From Candidatus Limnocylindrales bacterium (lineage in GTDB: Bacteria > Chloroflexota > Limnocylindria > Limnocylindrales > CSP1-4): a DNA stretch of 64,000 bases. The notes below the pieces were generated by a model that worked only from the letters and a program-made list of their open reading frames with translations, was not told where the DNA came from and ran no database searches. Positions within the stretch are counted from its first letter, which is position 1. The number at the start of each line of letters is the position of its first letter. Of the stretch, positions 61,202 through 64,000 are shown in pieces. Location: assembly GCA_051306295.1 (NCBI GenBank), contig JBPPMZ010000086.1:13015-77014 (forward strand), given 5' to 3'. Made by a program: the position numbers and the translations under genes.

Positions 61202-62341
61202 TCATCCCTCTTCGTTGATCCGGCCGATCTGCTCGAGAACGCGGGTTTCGAGCTCGGCTGGAAGTGGTGCGTAGTTCAGGTCGGTCACGTTCGCATCACC
61301 CTCGGTGAGTGCCCAGGTCAGCCAGGCCTTGAGCGCGTCGGCCTTGTCGGCCTCCATGCCGCAGGTGTAGGCGAGGATCCAGGTTGCGCCCGCGATCGGG
61401 TAGCCCTGGCCACCGACGCCCAGGATCGAGAAGCGGTAGTCATCAGGAACCGTGACGGTGTTCGCGGCTTCGCTGACCGACTCGGATGAAGGCTTGATCG
61501 GGTTGCCGTCCTTGTTGGCGACAGCGGCGACCGCCAGGTTGGACGCGACGGCGAACTCGTAGGACACGTACCCGATCCCGCCCGGCTGCTGAGCGATCGC
61601 GGCCGCGACTCCATCGTTCTGATCGCCGCCGATGCCGGTGGGCCACTCCACTTCGGAGCCCTTGCCGGGTCCGGCCGCCCACTCGGGACTGACATCGTTG
61701 AGATAGGTCGTGAAGATGCTGGTCGTGCCTGAGCCATCCGACCGATGGACGAAGGTGAGTGCCTGGTCCGGTAGCGTGACGCCCGGGTTGAGGGCGGCGA
61801 TGGCCGGGTCGTTGACGTTGGCGATGGTCCCAAGGCCGATCTTGGCGATCGTGTTGCCGTCGAGGTTCAGTTCCGTGATGCCCGGGATGTTGAAGGCGAT
61901 CGCGACCCCACCGAACACGGTTGGGATGTGCAGGACGGAGGCGCACGCTCGCGCGGCCAGTGCCGCCGTGATCTCGTCGTCCTTCATCGGCGCGTCGGAG
62001 CCGGCGAAGTCCACCTGCTGGGCGATGAACTGCTCGCGACCGCCGGACGAGCCGATGCCCTGATAGTTGATCTGGATGCCCGGCTGGACGCCCTGGAATG
62101 CCCCGATCCACTCCAGATAGATCGGCTCCGGGAAGCTTGCACCAGCGCCGACCAACGTGGCTTCAAGGGGCGCCGCACTCTCGGGCGCCATGCTCTCCGG
62201 GCCGGTGCTCTCCGGCGCGGTGGTCTCCGTGCTGGAGCTGGCGGCAGGCGAGCTCGACGCGCCGCTGCTGGAACAGGCGCCGATGGCGAAGACCGCCACC
62301 AGGGCCAGTGCGCCCAAGCGCTTGGGATTCGAAAGTGTCAC
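61202..62341 (-). CDS. pstS: Phosphate-binding lipoprotein PstS
   Basis: Lipobox AIGAC; GAGASFP, DFAGSD, RSDGSGTT and YPI motifs. Confidence 0.96.
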   Translation of the reverse strand: MTLSNPKRLGALALVAVFAIGACSSSGASSSPAASSSTETTAPESTGPESMAPESAAPLEATLVGAGASFPEPIYLEWIGAFQGVQPGIQINYQGIGSSGGREQFIAQQVDFAGSDAPMKDDEITAALAARACASVLHIPTVFGGVAIAFNIPGITELNLDGNTIAKIGLGTIANVNDPAIAALNPGVTLPDQALTFVHRSDGSGTTSIFTTYLNDVSPEWAAGPGKGSEVEWPTGIGGDQNDGVAAAIAQQPGGIGYVSYEFAVASNLAVAAVANKDGNPIKPSSESVSEAANTVTVPDDYRFSILGVGGQGYPIAGATWILAYTCGMEADKADALKAWLTWALTEGDANVTDLNYAPLPAELETRVLEQIGRINEEG

Positions 62342-62439
62342 TCGATGGTCCTCCTGAGTCGCCGCGGGTCTGTGCCGCGCGGTCGGGCGAATGGGGCAGT
62401 CCTCTCCCTGTCTTGCCAGAGGCAGACTCGGTGCGCTGC

Positions 62440-62477
62440 ATCAACGGGTGCTTTGCACTCGGTTAAGGCTCCGTTAA
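62440..62477 (-). promoter_or_regulatory. Pho-box-like repeats upstream of pstS
   Basis: Minus strand TTAAC/TTAAC/CAAAG/TTGAT at an 11-bp period. Confidence 0.7.
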
Positions 62478-63166
62478 CGGGGCATGGGATCCAGTCGATA
62501 GCCGACGCCTCTGACGGTCACCAGGTGGACCGGCGCATCGGGCTGGGGCTCGATCTTGGAGCGCAGCCAGCGGACGTGGACATCCACCGTTCGTGGGTCG
62601 CCGTCGTGATCGTGGCCCCATACCCGATCCAGGAGCTGGCGCCGGGTATAGGTGCGGCCCGGGTGGGCGGCGAGCATCGCCAGGAGCTGATATTCCTTCG
62701 GCCGCAGGTGGATGAGTTCGCCGTCCCGGCGGACCTCGTGAGCGACGGGGTCCAGGATCACGCCATCTGCGACGAGGACGCCCGCGCCGTTGCGCGTCTG
62801 CGCACGCTCCTCGAGCAGTTCCATGCGCGCCATGAGCTCGTCGGCGGAGATCGTGTCCGGGAGTGCCTCGTCGAATCCCAGCCGGAGCGCCTCCAGCCGG
62901 CCGGCTACAGCCTCGGGGTCGCTCAGGTGGAGCAGCCGGAGGGTCGATCGGCGTCGGCGCTCCCGAACGGCCAGGAGCACGTCCTCGGGGCGGGCGAGAG
63001 GCTCGGCCAGGATGGCGAGGTGCGGGCGACCGGCGCACAGCAGGGCGTCGAACACGGCCGGATCGCGCACGACGCGGAGTCGTCCAGGAGGCAGGATCTC
63101 GGCGAGTTCGGCGACCGGCCCTTCGGCGGCGAGGGCGATCCAGGAGGGGTGCGCGAGGTCGGCCAT
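62474..63166 (-). CDS. OmpR/PhoB-family winged-helix regulator with degenerate receiver domain
   Basis: Intact RTVDVHVRWLR and TVRGVGY; receiver lacks the canonical DD, D and K residues. Confidence 0.85.
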   Translation of the reverse strand: MADLAHPSWIALAAEGPVAELAEILPPGRLRVVRDPAVFDALLCAGRPHLAILAEPLARPEDVLLAVRERRRRSTLRLLHLSDPEAVAGRLEALRLGFDEALPDTISADELMARMELLEERAQTRNGAGVLVADGVILDPVAHEVRRDGELIHLRPKEYQLLAMLAAHPGRTYTRRQLLDRVWGHDHDGDPRTVDVHVRWLRSKIEPQPDAPVHLVTVRGVGYRLDPMPR

Positions 63167-63189
63167 GCCGGCCAGCGTGGGCGCCGTTC

Positions 63190-63227
63190 GCTAACCCGGT
63201 GTCGGCGGTTCGTTAACGTCGTGTTGA
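63190..63227 (-). promoter_or_regulatory. Pho-box-like repeats upstream of the pseudo-receiver regulator
   Basis: Minus strand TCAAC/TTAAC/CCGAC/TTAGC at an 11-bp period. Confidence 0.6.
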
Positions 63228-63562
63228 CGAGGCGTCCCACGGTAGGTCTCGACCTCGACCCGCTCGAGCGTCACCAGCCCGTCGCCGATCATCAGGTCGA
63301 GCTCGGGCAGGACGGCACGCAGGCGATCCTCCTGGTCCACGATCTCGATGAGCAGCGGTAGGTCCTCCGAGAGCCGAAGGATCCGGCTGGTATGCAATCG
63401 CGCATTGGCGCCGAAGCCCTCGATGCCACGGAAGACCGTGGCCCCGGCGATGCCCCGCTCCCGGAGGAGCTCGACGATCGCCTGGTACAGGGGTCGGCCA
63501 TGATGCCGGTCTGCCTCGCCGATGTAGATCCGGGCGAGGAGCGCCGGTCCTTCGATCTGCAT
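63191..63562 (-). CDS. DUF190 (PII-like) protein
   Basis: RIYIGE, GATVFRGIEGFG and LSEDLP motifs; follows crcB. Confidence 0.9.
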   Translation of the reverse strand: MQIEGPALLARIYIGEADRHHGRPLYQAIVELLRERGIAGATVFRGIEGFGANARLHTSRILRLSEDLPLLIEIVDQEDRLRAVLPELDLMIGDGLVTLERVEVETYRGTPRQHDVNEPPTPG

Positions 63563-63933
63563 CAGATCACCCTCCCGATCGCCAACCCCGCGACGATCGC
63601 TGCGAGCCCGACGGCCGTCGAGCCGGCGAGATTGAGGACGGCCAGGCCGACGGCGCCGGTCTCGACGAGACGCCACGACTCCAGCATGAACGTGGAGAAC
63701 GTCGTGTAGGCGCCGATGAACCCGATGAGGACGGGGCCGCGGATCTCTGCGGGCAGGATGGCGCGCTCGGCCGTCATCGCGAACAGGAGGCCCAGAAGGA
63801 ACGACCCGCTGGCGTTGACCGCGAGGGTGCCGAGCGGGAAGGCGTTGCTCACCCGGTCGGCGACCGCGCCATCGACCAGGTACCGCGCGATCGCGCCGGC
63901 GAAGCCTCCGAGCCCGATGAGCAAGAGTGACAT
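63562..63933 (-). CDS. crcB: Fluoride efflux channel CrcB/Fluc
   Basis: GGFAGAIARY, PLGTLAVN and GFIGAYTTFSTF motifs. Confidence 0.95.
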   Translation of the reverse strand: MSLLLIGLGGFAGAIARYLVDGAVADRVSNAFPLGTLAVNASGSFLLGLLFAMTAERAILPAEIRGPVLIGFIGAYTTFSTFMLESWRLVETGAVGLAVLNLAGSTAVGLAAIVAGLAIGRVI

Positions 63934-64000
63934 GAGGGCCTCTCGTGGCAGGCACGTCGTGCGTGAGAAGCAGTGATCCGGGCGCACGCCCGCCGGGTGC

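Noticed and set aside
58253-62341. Horizontal acquisition of the pst operon (seems slightly less GC3-biased)
   Set aside because: Impression only; it cannot be quantified here, and no mobility genes or boundary repeats are visible
63934-64000. Fluoride riboswitch upstream of crcB
   Set aside because: The GGxGATGG..TC.CC aptamer core is not in the remaining 67 nt; it may lie outside the window

Overview
High-GC bacterial chromosomal segment; gene content and style suggest Chloroflexota, probably class Limnocylindria (inference). No rRNA, tRNA, CRISPR array or recognisable transposase was seen. In order, the window holds: sulfur amino-acid genes with a SAM-I riboswitch before a ThrC-like gene; pckA and mdh; a large secreted S8 protease; a dispersed reductive pyrimidine-catabolism set (ABC importer, putative F420-dependent LLM enzyme, dihydropyrimidinase, ureidopropionase, class III aminotransferase, MmsA, upp); a partner-switching module containing a VOC-RsbW fusion; a CopB-type ATPase with a CsoR-type operator; gltX and proS; two J-domain proteins; a split PhoB/PhoR-like pair; a VapBC pair; and an arsM-arsR / pstSCAB-phoU-arsC-sixA / crcB block. 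Most unusual: (1) an HTH plus PD-(D/E)XK-like nuclease gene preceded by a ~200-bp element bounded by perfect 16-bp inverted repeats and a heptamer tandem array; (2) a dispersed hairpin repeat in three copies; (3) four promoters with 11-bp-phased TTAAC-type boxes that outline a Pho regulon including an unknown ORF and a pseudo-receiver regulator; (4) several apparent pseudoenzymes and deletion scars.
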